A stretch of 64,000 nucleotides of DNA from Nitrospirota bacterium (GTDB lineage: Bacteria > Nitrospirota > Thermodesulfovibrionia > UBA6902 > DSMQ01). The notes beneath the pieces were generated by a model. The model was not told where the DNA came from and made no database searches. It saw nothing but the letters and a program-made list of their open reading frames with translations. Both the position numbers and the translations under genes were made by a program. Every line of letters starts with the position of its first letter. Within the stretch, counting starts at the first letter, position 1. Shown here in pieces: positions 9,516 through 20,429 of the stretch. Location of the stretch: NCBI GenBank assembly GCA_016208965.1, contig JACQXB010000006.1:58262-122261 (forward strand). The letters are read 5' to 3'.

Positions 9516-10182
9516 TGAATCCTCCTTCTCTTAGTTTTTCCATAAGCCCTGTATTATTGTCCCTGTTAGATAAAAATTTCTCCACGTATTTGCCTAATAT
9601 ATCAGCCTCAAGGTTTACCTTATCTCCAACTCCTTTAAATCCAAACGTTGTGGCGCTAAACGTATGCGGAATAATGGCGACCTTAAAGAATTTGTCCGAG
9701 ACATCTATTACTGTTAAACTTATGCCGTCAACTGTTATAGAGCCCTTCGGAACAATATATTTTAGAACTTTCCCTGGGGCATCAAATGTATAAAATGTAT
9801 ATTCTCCTTCCTGCCTCTTGTATTTTATTGTCCCCACACCATCAACATGGCCTGTTACTATATGACCGCCAAGTCTATCAGTTGGTCTTAACGCCCTCTC
9901 AAGATTTACTTTATCATTAACCTTAAGTTCTCCGAGGTTTGTATTTTTCAGTGTCTCAGGGGATACATCAAAAAAAAGTTCAGGGGTTTGAGTTTTGCCC
10001 GCCCCGCTTCGCGGAGCGAGGCCGGGGAGCTCAGAAACAGTAAGGCAGACACCATTTACTGATATGCTTTCACCTGTCTGTAACTCCACTTTGTAATCGG
10101 GTATAATGCACAACTTAATGCCAACCCCTGTATTTCTGATAGATGTAATCGTCCCTAAAACCTCAATCAGTCCTGTAAACAT
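9508..10182 (-). CDS. ribE: Riboflavin synthase alpha chain
   Basis: MFTGLIE..., SVNGVCLTV. Carries a ~12-aa GC-rich in-frame insertion (PGLAPRSGAGKTQTP) from the DNA at 9990-10030. Confidence 0.85.
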   Translation of the reverse strand: MFTGLIEVLGTITSIRNTGVGIKLCIIPDYKVELQTGESISVNGVCLTVSELPGLAPRSGAGKTQTPELFFDVSPETLKNTNLGELKVNDKVNLERALRPTDRLGGHIVTGHVDGVGTIKYKRQEGEYTFYTFDAPGKVLKYIVPKGSITVDGISLTVIDVSDKFFKVAIIPHTFSATTFGFKGVGDKVNLEADILGKYVEKFLSNRDNNTGLMEKLREGGFTT

Positions 10183-10189
10183 TAGTACC

Positions 10190-10510
10190 CTACCATTCTT
10201 CTATGTTAATGAAGAACTCGTAATTTTTCTCATATAGATTAACGGTCTCTTTCCAAGACGCCCTAAAGACATACTTACCGTTTTTTTTCAAAGTTATATT
10301 TTTCTCTTTTAAAGGAATCTTGTATTGATTCGCAAGAGACATAATTCTTTCCTTCACCTCTTCAGGTCTTGTTTCTACACTTACACTTGTCTCAAGTGTC
10401 TCTTTTACATCGCTGCGGAAGGCGTAGTAACGATAGTAGGGAATTGCGAACTGAAACGCCGAATAAATTAGTAAGCCAAGAATTAATAGATAAAAGGTGT
10501 TTTTTATCAT
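10190..10510 (-). CDS. Small membrane/secreted hypothetical protein
   Basis: 106 aa with a hydrophobic N-terminus. Lies between lepB and ribE. Confidence 0.4.
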   Translation of the reverse strand: MIKNTFYLLILGLLIYSAFQFAIPYYRYYAFRSDVKETLETSVSVETRPEEVKERIMSLANQYKIPLKEKNITLKKNGKYVFRASWKETVNLYEKNYEFFINIEEW

Positions 10511-10548
10511 AGTCTTACTCCTTAATATTTAAGGTTCATAAGTTATTA

Positions 10549-11235
10549 TTAATGAACAAGACTGCCTATCCTACTCCACCTTACTTTTTTCAGTAAATCT
10601 CCGTTTTTATCCCATGACCAGTAAATTATCAATGCCTTTCCTTTTACTTCATCCATATCTACATATCCCCAGAATCTACTGTCAAAGCTCTGGTCCCTGT
10701 TGTCACCCATCACAAAAAATTTCCCGTAAGGGACAGTATAAGGTCCCATATTAGGACATGGTTCAGGTAAATGAACTGTATATGGCTCGGACATGGCAAC
10801 CCCGTTTACATACACAGTCTTATTCTTTATCACAATCTCATCGCCCCCAACACCAATAACTCTCTTTATAAAATCCCTGCAGTCCGTTTTAAAAAAAGAA
10901 GCAATACTTTTACTCTCAATGACATTTTCAAACCTCTTTATAATGTTTTTGGAGAAGCCCTTACATTCCTCATTATTTTTAGGAAAAGAGAATACCATGA
11001 TATCTCCTCTTTTTGGCTGTTGTATAACCAGAAATCTCTTCTCTGTAAAGGGGATTTTAACACCATAAATAAATTTATTTACAAGTATATGGTCCCCTAT
11101 TTGAAGCGTGGGTATCATAGAGCCTGACGGTATCTTAAATGCCTGTATAACAAATGCCCTTATCAAAAGCGCAAGGATAAGGGCTGTTAAAATAGCCTCT
11201 ATATATTCTCTTAATTTTGATTTCCCTTTAGCCAA
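10549..11235 (-). CDS. lepB: Signal peptidase I
   Basis: SGSMIPTL and GDNRDQSFDSR boxes. Confidence 0.9.
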   Translation of the reverse strand: MAKGKSKLREYIEAILTALILALLIRAFVIQAFKIPSGSMIPTLQIGDHILVNKFIYGVKIPFTEKRFLVIQQPKRGDIMVFSFPKNNEECKGFSKNIIKRFENVIESKSIASFFKTDCRDFIKRVIGVGGDEIVIKNKTVYVNGVAMSEPYTVHLPEPCPNMGPYTVPYGKFFVMGDNRDQSFDSRFWGYVDMDEVKGKALIIYWSWDKNGDLLKKVRWSRIGSLVH

Positions 11236-11315
11236 TTTCTGTTTAACTCCATGTTTTTTAGTGTCAGTGTCAGTTTTCAGTGTCAGTAACTGACACCAAC
11301 ACTATTCACTGACAC

Positions 11316-13106
11316 TTATTTTACCTTAAGCACTGTAAGAAAAGCCTCCTGAGGAATCTCAATCCTTCCTACCTGTTTCATCTTCTTCTTGCCTTCCTTT
11401 TGTTTTTCAAGGAGTTTTCTCTTTCTTGTTATATCACCACCATAACATTTGGCGATAACATCTTTCCGCAAAGGTCTTATAGTTTCCCTTGCTATTATTT
11501 TATTCCCAATAGCCGCCTGAATAACTACCTCAAAAAGCTGTCTCGGGATAACCTCTCGTAATTTTTCAGCGAGCTGTCTTCCCTTATGATATGCCTTTTC
11601 CCTGTGGACAATAAGGGAAAGGGCATCAACAGATTCTCCATTTAACAGTATATCAAGCCTGATGAGGTCAGATTCTTTATATCCTATAAATTCATAATCC
11701 ATTGAGGCATAACCACTTGAAAGCGATTTTAGTTTATCATAAAAATCCCATAAAATCTCGTTTAAAGGAATTTCATAAGTTAAAATAATCCTGTCTTTTC
11801 CCAAATAAGTGAATTCTTTCTGCACCCCTCTTTTCTCTTGGCATAACGCAAGAATCTGTCCAACATATTTTTCAGGCACAAATATAGTTGCCTTTACATG
11901 GGGTTCTTCAATCTTCTCACACTTGTCAGGAAGTTTTGAAGGGCTGTCAATAAATAATGCCTCTCCAACTGTCTTTGTAACCCTGTAATTTACAGTGGGT
12001 GCTGTATTCACAAGCGAAAGCTCAAATTCCCTCTCAAGTCTCTCCTTCACAATCTCCATGTGTAGCAGTCCGAGAAAACCACTCCTGAAGCCAAACCCTA
12101 ATGCCACGGATGTCTCAGGCTCAAAGGTAAAAGAGGAGTCATTAAGCCTCAGCTTTCCAAGCGCATCCTTCAGGTCTTCATAGCGGGCTGTCTCTGTTGG
12201 ATAAAGCCCGCAGAAGACCATGGGTTTTACCTCTTTATACCCTTGGCACGGTTCAGGGGTAGGATTTTCAGCATTGGTAACTGTATCACCTATCTTTGTA
12301 TCTGATACACTTTTTATCCCTGCAGTAATATAACCAACCTCTCCGGCACTAAGGCTCGGGACAGGCTTTCTATCAGGTGTGAATATGCCAACCTCACCAA
12401 CCTCATATGTCTTCCCTGCTGCTATAAGTGTAATCTTTATCCCCTGTTTCACCTCTCCGTCAAAGACCCTGACGAGAATAATTACCCCTTTATAGGTATC
12501 AAACCATGAATCAAAGATGAGCGCCTTTAAAGGTTTGTCTTTATCCCCCTTAGGTAAGGGCACCTTTTTTACCACTGCCTCAAGAACCTCCTTGATCCCT
12601 ATACCTTTTTTTGCAGAGGTATAGATCGCCTCGGAGCAGTCAATTCCCATTAAGTCTTCTATCTGAGCCTTTACCTTTTGTGGCTCCGCATTTGGCAGGT
12701 CAATTTTATTTATAACAGGGATTATCTCAAGGTTATGCGCGCTCGCAAGGTAGGCATTGGCAAGTGTCTGTGCCTCTACCCCTTGTGTTGCATCAACTAT
12801 AAGGAGTGCACCCTCGCAGGAGGCAAGACTGCGTGATACCTCATAAGAGAAGTCAACATGCCCTGGCGTATCAATCAGGTTTAGTATATAGTTTTTTCCA
12901 TCTAATGCAGTGTAAGTTAATCTTACTGCATGTGCCTTTATTGTTATACCCCTTTCCCTTTCAATGTCCATAGAGTCAAGCACCTGTTCTGTCATATCTC
13001 GCTTGGATACAGCGCCTGTTAGCTCAAGGATTCTGTCAGCGAGAGTAGACTTGCCGTGGTCTATATGGGCAATGATAGAAAAGTTCCTTATGTTGTTTTG
13101 AGCCAT
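11316..13106 (-). CDS. lepA: Translation elongation factor 4 (LepA)
   Basis: 596 aa. [11 protein letters not shown]-domain and LepA C-terminus. Confidence 0.95.
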   Translation of the reverse strand: MAQNNIRNFSIIAHIDHGKSTLADRILELTGAVSKRDMTEQVLDSMDIERERGITIKAHAVRLTYTALDGKNYILNLIDTPGHVDFSYEVSRSLASCEGALLIVDATQGVEAQTLANAYLASAHNLEIIPVINKIDLPNAEPQKVKAQIEDLMGIDCSEAIYTSAKKGIGIKEVLEAVVKKVPLPKGDKDKPLKALIFDSWFDTYKGVIILVRVFDGEVKQGIKITLIAAGKTYEVGEVGIFTPDRKPVPSLSAGEVGYITAGIKSVSDTKIGDTVTNAENPTPEPCQGYKEVKPMVFCGLYPTETARYEDLKDALGKLRLNDSSFTFEPETSVALGFGFRSGFLGLLHMEIVKERLEREFELSLVNTAPTVNYRVTKTVGEALFIDSPSKLPDKCEKIEEPHVKATIFVPEKYVGQILALCQEKRGVQKEFTYLGKDRIILTYEIPLNEILWDFYDKLKSLSSGYASMDYEFIGYKESDLIRLDILLNGESVDALSLIVHREKAYHKGRQLAEKLREVIPRQLFEVVIQAAIGNKIIARETIRPLRKDVIAKCYGGDITRKRKLLEKQKEGKKKMKQVGRIEIPQEAFLTVLKVK

Positions 13107-13164
13107 AATTTTCAGCTCATGGCTGATAGCTGATAGCTGATAAGCTGATAGTAGTTACTATGAG

Positions 13165-14088
13165 CTATGAACCACGAACTTTTTTAAACACCAGCCCTGC
13201 AGCGCCTATTGCACCGCCTTCCTCCAGTATAGTTTTTAATATCTCCACATGAGAGGAGAGGGATTTAATTGTCCTTTTATAAACCTCTGCTTTTAATTCC
13301 TCAATAAACAGGTCCCACGCACCAACAAGTCCACCCCCAAGGATTATAGCCTCAGGGCTAAAGATGTTAATTATGTTAGCTATACCGATGCCTAAATATT
13401 TCCCCAACTCCCTGAAGATATTCCTGCTAAGGGTATCTCCTTCAAAGGCTGCCTTATACACGATTTCCGGGGTTATTTTATAAAAATTGCCATTATGGTA
13501 TTCCCTTAATATGCTTTTTTCACCTTTCTCTAACAAGGAAATCACCTGTTCAACAACAGCCCTGCCAGATGCATACGATTCAAGACAACCAAAACCACCG
13601 CATGTGCAGTAGCGGCCATCTGTTTCAATAACCATATGTCCTATCTCAAATGCCCCCTCAAAGAGTTCACCCTTATAGATTGCCCCGCTACCCAATCCTG
13701 TCCCTAATGTCAGTGCAACAAAATTATTAAATTCCTTTCCTGTGCCTGCTAACTTCTCTCCATATGCATAGGCATTAGCATCGTTTTCAATCACGACAGG
13801 CAAAGAAAACTTTTTCTCAAAGATTTCCTTAACATGGCTGTTATTAATATCAGGTATATTTGGGGACTCAAGGACTACCCCATTTTTCCTATCTATTATT
13901 CCAGCGATTCCGAAACCGATACCAATCACATCAGACATTAGAAGGCTTTTTACGATTGTAAAAAGTTTGTCAGTAATATTATCTAAAGGCGTTGGCTCGG
14001 CAACCTTCTCAAGTATTTCCCCATTTTCATATATGCGTACAATCTTTATGTTTGTACCGCCAATATCAACACCAATTGCGCTTCTCAA
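13165..14088 (-). CDS. ROK-family sugar kinase (glucokinase-like)
   Basis: GVDIGGTNIK and CTCGGFGCLE zinc motif. Confidence 0.8.
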   Translation of the reverse strand: MRSAIGVDIGGTNIKIVRIYENGEILEKVAEPTPLDNITDKLFTIVKSLLMSDVIGIGFGIAGIIDRKNGVVLESPNIPDINNSHVKEIFEKKFSLPVVIENDANAYAYGEKLAGTGKEFNNFVALTLGTGLGSGAIYKGELFEGAFEIGHMVIETDGRYCTCGGFGCLESYASGRAVVEQVISLLEKGEKSILREYHNGNFYKITPEIVYKAAFEGDTLSRNIFRELGKYLGIGIANIINIFSPEAIILGGGLVGAWDLFIEELKAEVYKRTIKSLSSHVEILKTILEEGGAIGAAGLVFKKVRGS

Positions 14089-14292
14089 GATTAATCCTCC
14101 TAATAAAGTGTCAGATTGCCTGAGACTTTGCCTTTACTTCAACACTTATATCAAAACATAAATCAGGGTTAAGAATACATCCAAGATAGGGATATGCCTA
14201 TACTAAAAAAGGTATTTAGCAACAAGGAGTTTCAAATAATATCATAAATCTTATACTGCTGTAAACCCCGCACCAAATTGGTGCGGGGTTTA

Positions 14293-14457
14293 CCTTGTCA
14301 GCCTGTTGAAAAACTCTAAAATAACCATAAGTGTCATTCCCGCATGCTTTTAGCGGGAATCCAGTTTTTGTAAATTCAATAAGTTCTGGATTCCTGCTTT
14401 CGCAGGAATGACAATCTGGAGAACAAATTAGGACTTTTTCAACAGCCTGTTGTATCT
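14293..14457. mobile_element. MITE-like element with TIRs cagcctgttgaaaaa and an internal GTCATTCC..GGAATGAC palindrome
   Basis: Left TIR is gtcagcctgttgaaaaactc at 14293. Right TIR is ctttttcaacagcctgttg at 14435. Core is gtcattcccgcatgcttttagcgggaatccag...ctggattcctgctttcgcaggaatgaca. Confidence 0.6.
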
Positions 14458-14485
14458 TATGTTGAAAATCCTGTATTCTTTCATA

Positions 14486-15703
14486 ATGCAGATGCTAAAA
14501 CCCTTAGAACAGTTAGAGGTAATTAAAAGGGGAGTTGTTGAAATCATACTTGAAGATGAGCTTCTGAGGAAACTTGAGCGGTCATATAAGACCAGCACAC
14601 CTTTGAGGATAAAGGTCGGGTTTGACCCTACTGCCCCTGATATTCATCTGGGACATACTGTTTTACTCAGAAAGATGCGGCAGTTTCAGGACCTTGGACA
14701 CGAGGTCATATTTCTGATAGGTGATTTTACAGGCATGATTGGTGACCCGAGCGGGAGGGATGAGACGAGGAAGCCTGTCACGAGTGAAGAAGTAATAAAA
14801 AATGCCGAGACATATAAAGAGCAGGTATTTAAAATCCTTGACCCCAAGAATATACAGATAAGGTTTAACAGTGAATGGTTTGAGAAAATGTCTGCAATGG
14901 ATATTGTTAAGCTCGGCGCAATACGGACAGTAGCAAGAATGCTTGAGAGAGAAGACTTTAAAAAGAGGTTTGAGAATCATCAGGACATTACCATATTAGA
15001 ATTTTATTATCCGCTATTTCAGGCTTATGATTCAGTGCATCTTAGGACAGATATTGAACTTGGGGGTACTGACCAGCGATTCAATCTCCTCATGGGAAGG
15101 TCAATGCAGAAGACAATGGGCATGGAAGAACAGGTAGTTATCATGGTGCCGCTTCTTGAAGGGCTTGACGGCATAAACAAGATGAGCAAAAGTCTTGGGA
15201 ACTATATAGGCATTACTGATTCACCAAAAGATATGTTTGGAAAAATAATGTCCATAAACGATAAATTGATGCTCAGATATTATGAGCTTCTTAGCCGAAT
15301 ATCCATAGAAGGGCTTAATTCATTAAAAAAAAGCATTGAGTCTGAAGAGATACACCCCAAAAAGGCAAAAGAAGACCTTGCAGTTGAAATTGTTGAGCAA
15401 TATTATGGCAAGGAGCAGGCTTTAAGGGCAAAAGAAGAATTTGAACATATTTTTAAAGAAAAGGGCTTACCTGATGAGTTACCTGTTTTTAAACCCGAAT
15501 GGGAAGGCGGTGAAATTTGGCTTCCAAAGCTGATGAAACTTTCAGGCGTCGTCAACAGCACAGGTGAAGCCATAAGGCTGATTAAACAGGGCGGTGTAAG
15601 CATCAACGGTAAACGATGGGACGACCCCGATGAAAAATTATCGCAGGGAGAATATCTGCTTAAAGTTGGGAAAAGGAAGTTTTTGAAGGTTATGAGGGGG
15701 TAA
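14486..15703 (+). CDS. tyrS: Tyrosine--tRNA ligase
   Basis: HLGH and KMSKS motifs plus the C-terminal S4-like domain. The start was moved to the first ATG after the MITE TIR (ORF track starts 14450). Confidence 0.9.
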   Translation: MQMLKPLEQLEVIKRGVVEIILEDELLRKLERSYKTSTPLRIKVGFDPTAPDIHLGHTVLLRKMRQFQDLGHEVIFLIGDFTGMIGDPSGRDETRKPVTSEEVIKNAETYKEQVFKILDPKNIQIRFNSEWFEKMSAMDIVKLGAIRTVARMLEREDFKKRFENHQDITILEFYYPLFQAYDSVHLRTDIELGGTDQRFNLLMGRSMQKTMGMEEQVVIMVPLLEGLDGINKMSKSLGNYIGITDSPKDMFGKIMSINDKLMLRYYELLSRISIEGLNSLKKSIESEEIHPKKAKEDLAVEIVEQYYGKEQALRAKEEFEHIFKEKGLPDELPVFKPEWEGGEIWLPKLMKLSGVVNSTGEAIRLIKQGGVSINGKRWDDPDEKLSQGEYLLKVGKRKFLKVMRG

Positions 15704-16157
15704 GTGTAAGGAATAAATACAGGAGAATAAATACATACTGTATTTATTTAAGAAATATGGGATGTGTGTGTGTATTTTTATTAAGTTTTCGTACCAAAAG
15801 GAATTTTTGAAATTCCGGCAGTAACTCCAGCCTGTCTTTGGACACTTTCCCCATATTTTACCAACTTGCCTTTTTACCTATATTACCACAAAATACAAAG
15901 TATAGGGCTTATTTTAAAATGATTTTTTCTTTATCTAAAACGTTAAATATGATATATTGTCTTTAATGAGTTCTTGAAATAGGAAGTTGGTATATTAATC
16001 GTTATGCCCATATTGAAAGAAGGCAGTGAAAGAAGGCAGTGACCCAAGGCCTTCAGAACAAGTATGAACTTTACTGCAAGAAAATAACTAAAATTATAAT
16101 TACTAAAATTAACTAAACCTTGATATTATTAATTATGATAAGTTATTATATTTAATA

Positions 16158-16430
16158 ATGTGGCACATCAAAGAACATCGAGATATCAAAAAGACATGTT
16201 CTAAGTTGCCGTTAAACATAGTAAAGAAATACGAACTTTGGAAAAATATCATTTTTCGTCATGGTCCTGAAAAATTAAAAGAATTTCCCGGTTTTCATGA
16301 TGAAAAATTAAAGGGTGTGCGCAGGGGACAACGCTCGTCGCGTTTGAGTGACCAGTATAGGGTCATATATACTGTGGGAAGAGATATTGTTACAGTTTTT
16401 GTTATAGAGATAACGCCACATAAATATTAG
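16158..16430 (+). CDS. higB: HigB-like (RelE-superfamily) toxin
   Basis: 90 aa ending LKGVRRGQRSSRLSDQYRVIYTV...VIEITPHKY. Sits directly upstream of the HTH antitoxin. Confidence 0.7.
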   Translation: MWHIKEHRDIKKTCSKLPLNIVKKYELWKNIIFRHGPEKLKEFPGFHDEKLKGVRRGQRSSRLSDQYRVIYTVGRDIVTVFVIEITPHKY

Positions 16431-16437
16431 GAGGACA

Positions 16438-16716
16438 ATGATGAAATCTCAGCAAAGTGCATTCAGAGCAGCAAAATCTCACGCTGTCTTATCAACAGGT
16501 GAAACTATTAGATTGCTTCGCGAATTGAAAGGCTGGACTCAGGAGGAACTCGCACGTAAATCTGGCATCAGTGCAACTAATATCAGTCTCTTGGAAAATG
16601 ATAGAGTTGAAATTGGCAAAAAGCGTGCTGAGCAGTTTGCAAAAACATTTAATGTTCATCCTGCAATAATTATGTTCCCTGAATACGAAACAAAGGAAAT
16701 TGAAAAGGCGGCATAA
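16438..16716 (+). CDS. higA: HigA-like XRE-family antitoxin
   Basis: 92 aa with HTH TQEELARKSGISATNISLLEN. 7 bp after the toxin. Confidence 0.75.
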   Translation: MMKSQQSAFRAAKSHAVLSTGETIRLLRELKGWTQEELARKSGISATNISLLENDRVEIGKKRAEQFAKTFNVHPAIIMFPEYETKEIEKAA

Positions 16717-16816
16717 CATTTCACTCCACAGGATGCGGCATAACGACCGCCGCACCTGTGAGTTTTAGCGTTAGACAAAGATATTATAAAAAAATATCAA
16801 AGAAAGGATTATTAAA

Positions 16817-17613
16817 ATGCCAAAAAAAGATGTAATTGCTGAAATATTTAAGATATGTAACAAAAAAATAATTTTACGTTCGATAATAATTTAGTAAAAG
16901 ATATTTCAAAAAAATGTAACTTTGGGAATCCGTTTGATGTAACAAAAATTGATAATAAAAATAAATTACCTGATATTTTACTGAAAAATGATTATGCGAT
17001 AATACATTTAGGCAGTGGAAAACATAAGTTTATTAAAGGTATAAAAAAAGTATTTCATAATTTCGAGCCTGTTCAAAAAGAAATTGAATGGACATATAAA
17101 AAAAGTTTATTAAACGAATATAATACAAGCGAATCAAATATATTGTCGGTAGCAAACAATCAGAGAATTTTGCATCATTTCTTATTTGGGAAAGATAAAG
17201 AATTTGATGATATAGAAATTCCACATCGTCCGAAAACCTATTTCCCCCACCGAACAAAAACAAGTCTTGAATATCGTTTTGGTAACGACTCGAAATTGAT
17301 TTTAAAAAATATTCAAATTGAAATAGATTTAACAATTGAATTTGAAGGCACCATCGGCGTATTTGAAGCAAAAAACGGCACACCTGATAGTTTTTCAATT
17401 TATCAAGTTTATCATCCTTTCTTATATTATCATAATATTAAACAAAAGCCTGAGATGAGTCGAAAAGTTAAAGAAATAATCTGTACTTATGTTGTAAAAA
17501 ATATCGAAGAAGAAATAACAAAGTTAAGATTATGGGCTTATACTTTTGAAAACCCAACTGATATTACATCTATTAAATTTATCAAATCGGCATGTTATAT
17601 TTTAAAAAAGTAA
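16817..17613 (+). pseudogene. Putative type II restriction endonuclease, reading frame broken at an A7 tract (16862-16868)
   Basis: ATG at 16817 gives a 25-aa product. The -1 frame is open from 16861 to 17613 and contains a PD...(D/E)xK-like IDLTIEFEG...FEAKNG. Adding one A fuses them into ~265 aa. The MTase follows 12 bp later. Confidence 0.45.
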
Positions 17614-17625
17614 AGAGGTGTTGTA

Positions 17626-18480
17626 ATGCAAGAAATTTTCCAAAATAAAATTTTCAATGAAGATGTAATGAGTGTCTTAAAACGAATGCCAGATAACTAT
17701 GTAGATATGATTTATAGTGATCCCGATTATAATGTCGGTATAAAATATAATGATAAGTCATATACAAAAGATTTTAAAGAATATATTGACTGGTATATCG
17801 AATTAGCCAAAGAATCATTAAGAGTTTTGAAAGATGAAGGTAATTTATTTTTTATTAATTACCCCAAACAAAACGCATATTTACAGGTTAAATTTCTAGA
17901 AGATGTTTGTTATGAAGTTTCTGAATATGTATGGATATATAACACAAATGTCGGTCATTCCCCCAAAAAATTTACAAGGGCACATCGCAGTATTTTGCAT
18001 TGCAGAAAAATAGAAAATAATAAATGGTTTAAAAAAAATGTTGCCGAGCCTTATAAAAATCCAACAGACAAGCGAATATTAGGAAATATTGCAAATGGTT
18101 CAACTGGCAGAATGCCTTATTCATGGTTATATTATAATTTAGTTAAAAATGTCTCACGAGATAAAACCATTCATTCTTGTCAAATACCATTAGGTTTAGT
18201 AGAAAAGTTGATTTTAGCTTCAACGGAAGAAAATGATTTAGTTTTTATACATTTTGGTGGTTCTGGCAGTGAAATAATACTGACAAAGCATTTAAAGAGA
18301 AAATTTGTATCCGCTGAAATAGATAAAATATATCATGATATGATACTTGAACGATTAAAAAGAAATGGCGACATTCCACATAAATATAAATTACAGATAG
18401 AAAGAAAGCAATCCGATAGAATTATTAATAACCAGATGGTTTTTTTTGACGCAAAAGCACAGAAACAAGACAATCTATAA
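17626..18480 (+). CDS. DNA amino-methyltransferase, beta class
   Basis: SDPDYN (motif IV) near the N-terminus and FIHFGGSGSE (motif I) near the C-terminus. Confidence 0.85.
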   Translation: MQEIFQNKIFNEDVMSVLKRMPDNYVDMIYSDPDYNVGIKYNDKSYTKDFKEYIDWYIELAKESLRVLKDEGNLFFINYPKQNAYLQVKFLEDVCYEVSEYVWIYNTNVGHSPKKFTRAHRSILHCRKIENNKWFKKNVAEPYKNPTDKRILGNIANGSTGRMPYSWLYYNLVKNVSRDKTIHSCQIPLGLVEKLILASTEENDLVFIHFGGSGSEIILTKHLKRKFVSAEIDKIYHDMILERLKRNGDIPHKYKLQIERKQSDRIINNQMVFFDAKAQKQDNL

Positions 18481-18646
18481 AGAGAAGTAGACAAACAACG
18501 TCACTTAAAGCAATAAAATCGTCTAACAATTCGCTCCAGCGGACAAAAAAGCTGCGCTTTTTTGCCGCTGAGCTCAAGTGTTAGGCCCTTTCAGAGGGAT
18601 AGAGGATTAGAAAGAAATCAAGCGAAACACATGAAAAGGAGCCAAT

Positions 18647-19645
18647 ATGATATCGAATATTTGGCACCAGATTCCGTTCCCCTTATTGTTGATCTGCCTA
18701 TTTTTCTTTATAGCATCAGGGGTAAGGCGAATTGGTTTAAAAAACAAAGGGACTATGCTATCTACTTTCCTGCTTGCAATTCTTTTATTGTGGATGGTAT
18801 TTCCAATACTTCCTTTTTCTATATTATCAGCACTAATTATCGTAGGCGCATCGTTCGGTTTGGCATTTGCGCATCGTGAACCTGTTCTGAAAATCATTAC
18901 CTTTTTCTTAGTCGCAGACGTCTTATTGATTTCCATTAATCAGCTCATTGAAGTTTCAGGGATCGCACGACGGCTTCCTCCTCTAGAATTTCTCATCAGG
19001 CGTGAACTTGTGTACTTTTATTTCACTGAAATAGTTATAGGTTCACTTTTGGTTGCGGTTGTATTTCTTATAACATTTTTGGTGATAAACTATGTTCTTA
19101 AAGTTGGCGAAAATAAGATACATCACGGTAGCCCATGCTTTTTAGTGACCACTATATTGACTTATGTTATCCAGCAGTTTCTACACCTCGAACATCCAGA
19201 AATGGGTTACAGGGTATTCCCCAATGGGAACATAGTAAAATATACAAACCTCAACACGGGTGATCCAGTAAGTGTAAATGCGCTAGACTCAATATTTAAG
19301 TCGGATGGCAGCATTATAATACCGCAATATGTAAGCATACTATCATATGGCGGCATTTTTTGGACGGTTGTGTTGATACTTGTCGTAGGCCTGAGTATTG
19401 TTTTCGGTGTTGCATTATCGCACAAAGGCGTGTTATCGGAATGGTACCAACGCACTTCACGACTAATCGTATTTGGTGTATTCTATTTTTCCTTTTATCA
19501 CATAATATTGATGAGCTTTCTTTATTCTGATTATGATTTACTTAATGGCCTGATGATGATACTGCTTTCTGCGATTACTATACCTTTTGGTGCTTTAATT
19601 GGATACTCTCTTAATGAAATGGCTATTCACAAAGAAAACGCCTAA
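18647..19645 (+). CDS. Polytopic membrane protein, unknown function, inside the R-M island
   Basis: 332 aa with at least 8 hydrophobic segments. No recognised motif. Confidence 0.5.
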   Translation: MISNIWHQIPFPLLLICLFFFIASGVRRIGLKNKGTMLSTFLLAILLLWMVFPILPFSILSALIIVGASFGLAFAHREPVLKIITFFLVADVLLISINQLIEVSGIARRLPPLEFLIRRELVYFYFTEIVIGSLLVAVVFLITFLVINYVLKVGENKIHHGSPCFLVTTILTYVIQQFLHLEHPEMGYRVFPNGNIVKYTNLNTGDPVSVNALDSIFKSDGSIIIPQYVSILSYGGIFWTVVLILVVGLSIVFGVALSHKGVLSEWYQRTSRLIVFGVFYFSFYHIILMSFLYSDYDLLNGLMMILLSAITIPFGALIGYSLNEMAIHKENA

Positions 19646-19784
19646 CAAAGCAAATGCACTCGGACGGCAAAAAGCGCCGCTCGTTCCTCGCTCTGCCTTT
19701 TGCCGCCAGTGATTTGCAACGTTATGTAAATAAGAATATTCAAAAACAATATTCAAAAACACATCGTTTTCAGTATAATAGTGC

Positions 19785-20429
19785 ATGCCCAACTATTTAA
19801 TAGAAATCTTTGAAGATGAAAAATTAATAGAGCGAATTAAAAAGCGATTACCGCACCTATTTCAACTCGCAGAATTTGAAAGCTCAAGGGCAGGAAAAAT
19901 TGGAATGGAAATTGGCTCTGTTCGTGAGAGAATAATTGTTGCCTTACTCATCTATAAATTCGGTGAAGCTAATGTAGAGTCAGAAATTCCTATCACAGAA
20001 TCAGAAGTGGATGTAAAACTATTTGGTGAGCCTATATCTGTAAAAACAATAACAGGAAATAGCTTCGCTGGTGTTAAACTGATATGGACAGTAGATGCTG
20101 AAAAGGCAAGACAATTTAGTGAAACATATCAGCCCATGTGTGATATGCTATTCGTTCAAATAAACTGGGGGAAAGAAGGAGGATTTTTCTACATTCCTAT
20201 AAGAGTTCAGAAAAGGCTTTTTGATAAAATAGGAAGAAAGAGCTATATAAAGCTTCCCAAAGCAGGAACAAATCCCAGAGGTGTTGAGATTACAAAAGAG
20301 GCATTGATAGCTTTAGTTGAAGACAGCGAGACAAAAGTTATTAAAATAAATTGGCAACGCAGCAAAATAGAATTCAATCCTTACAAGAGATGGGTTGACC
20401 TTTGGAAAGAGGACAAAGATGAAGTCTAA
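19785..20429 (+). CDS. Putative type II restriction endonuclease
   Basis: 214 aa with ESEVDVKLFGEPISVKT, a possible (D/E)xK core. 3' end overlaps the MTase start. Confidence 0.4.
   Translation: MPNYLIEIFEDEKLIERIKKRLPHLFQLAEFESSRAGKIGMEIGSVRERIIVALLIYKFGEANVESEIPITESEVDVKLFGEPISVKTITGNSFAGVKLIWTVDAEKARQFSETYQPMCDMLFVQINWGKEGGFFYIPIRVQKRLFDKIGRKSYIKLPKAGTNPRGVEITKEALIALVEDSETKVIKINWQRSKIEFNPYKRWVDLWKEDKDEV

Noticed and set aside
14267-14297. GC hairpin aaaccccgcacc...ggtgcggggttt as a rho-independent terminator
   Set aside because: It lies between two divergent gene starts and directly abuts the TIR of the MITE-like element. It is more likely part of that repeat.
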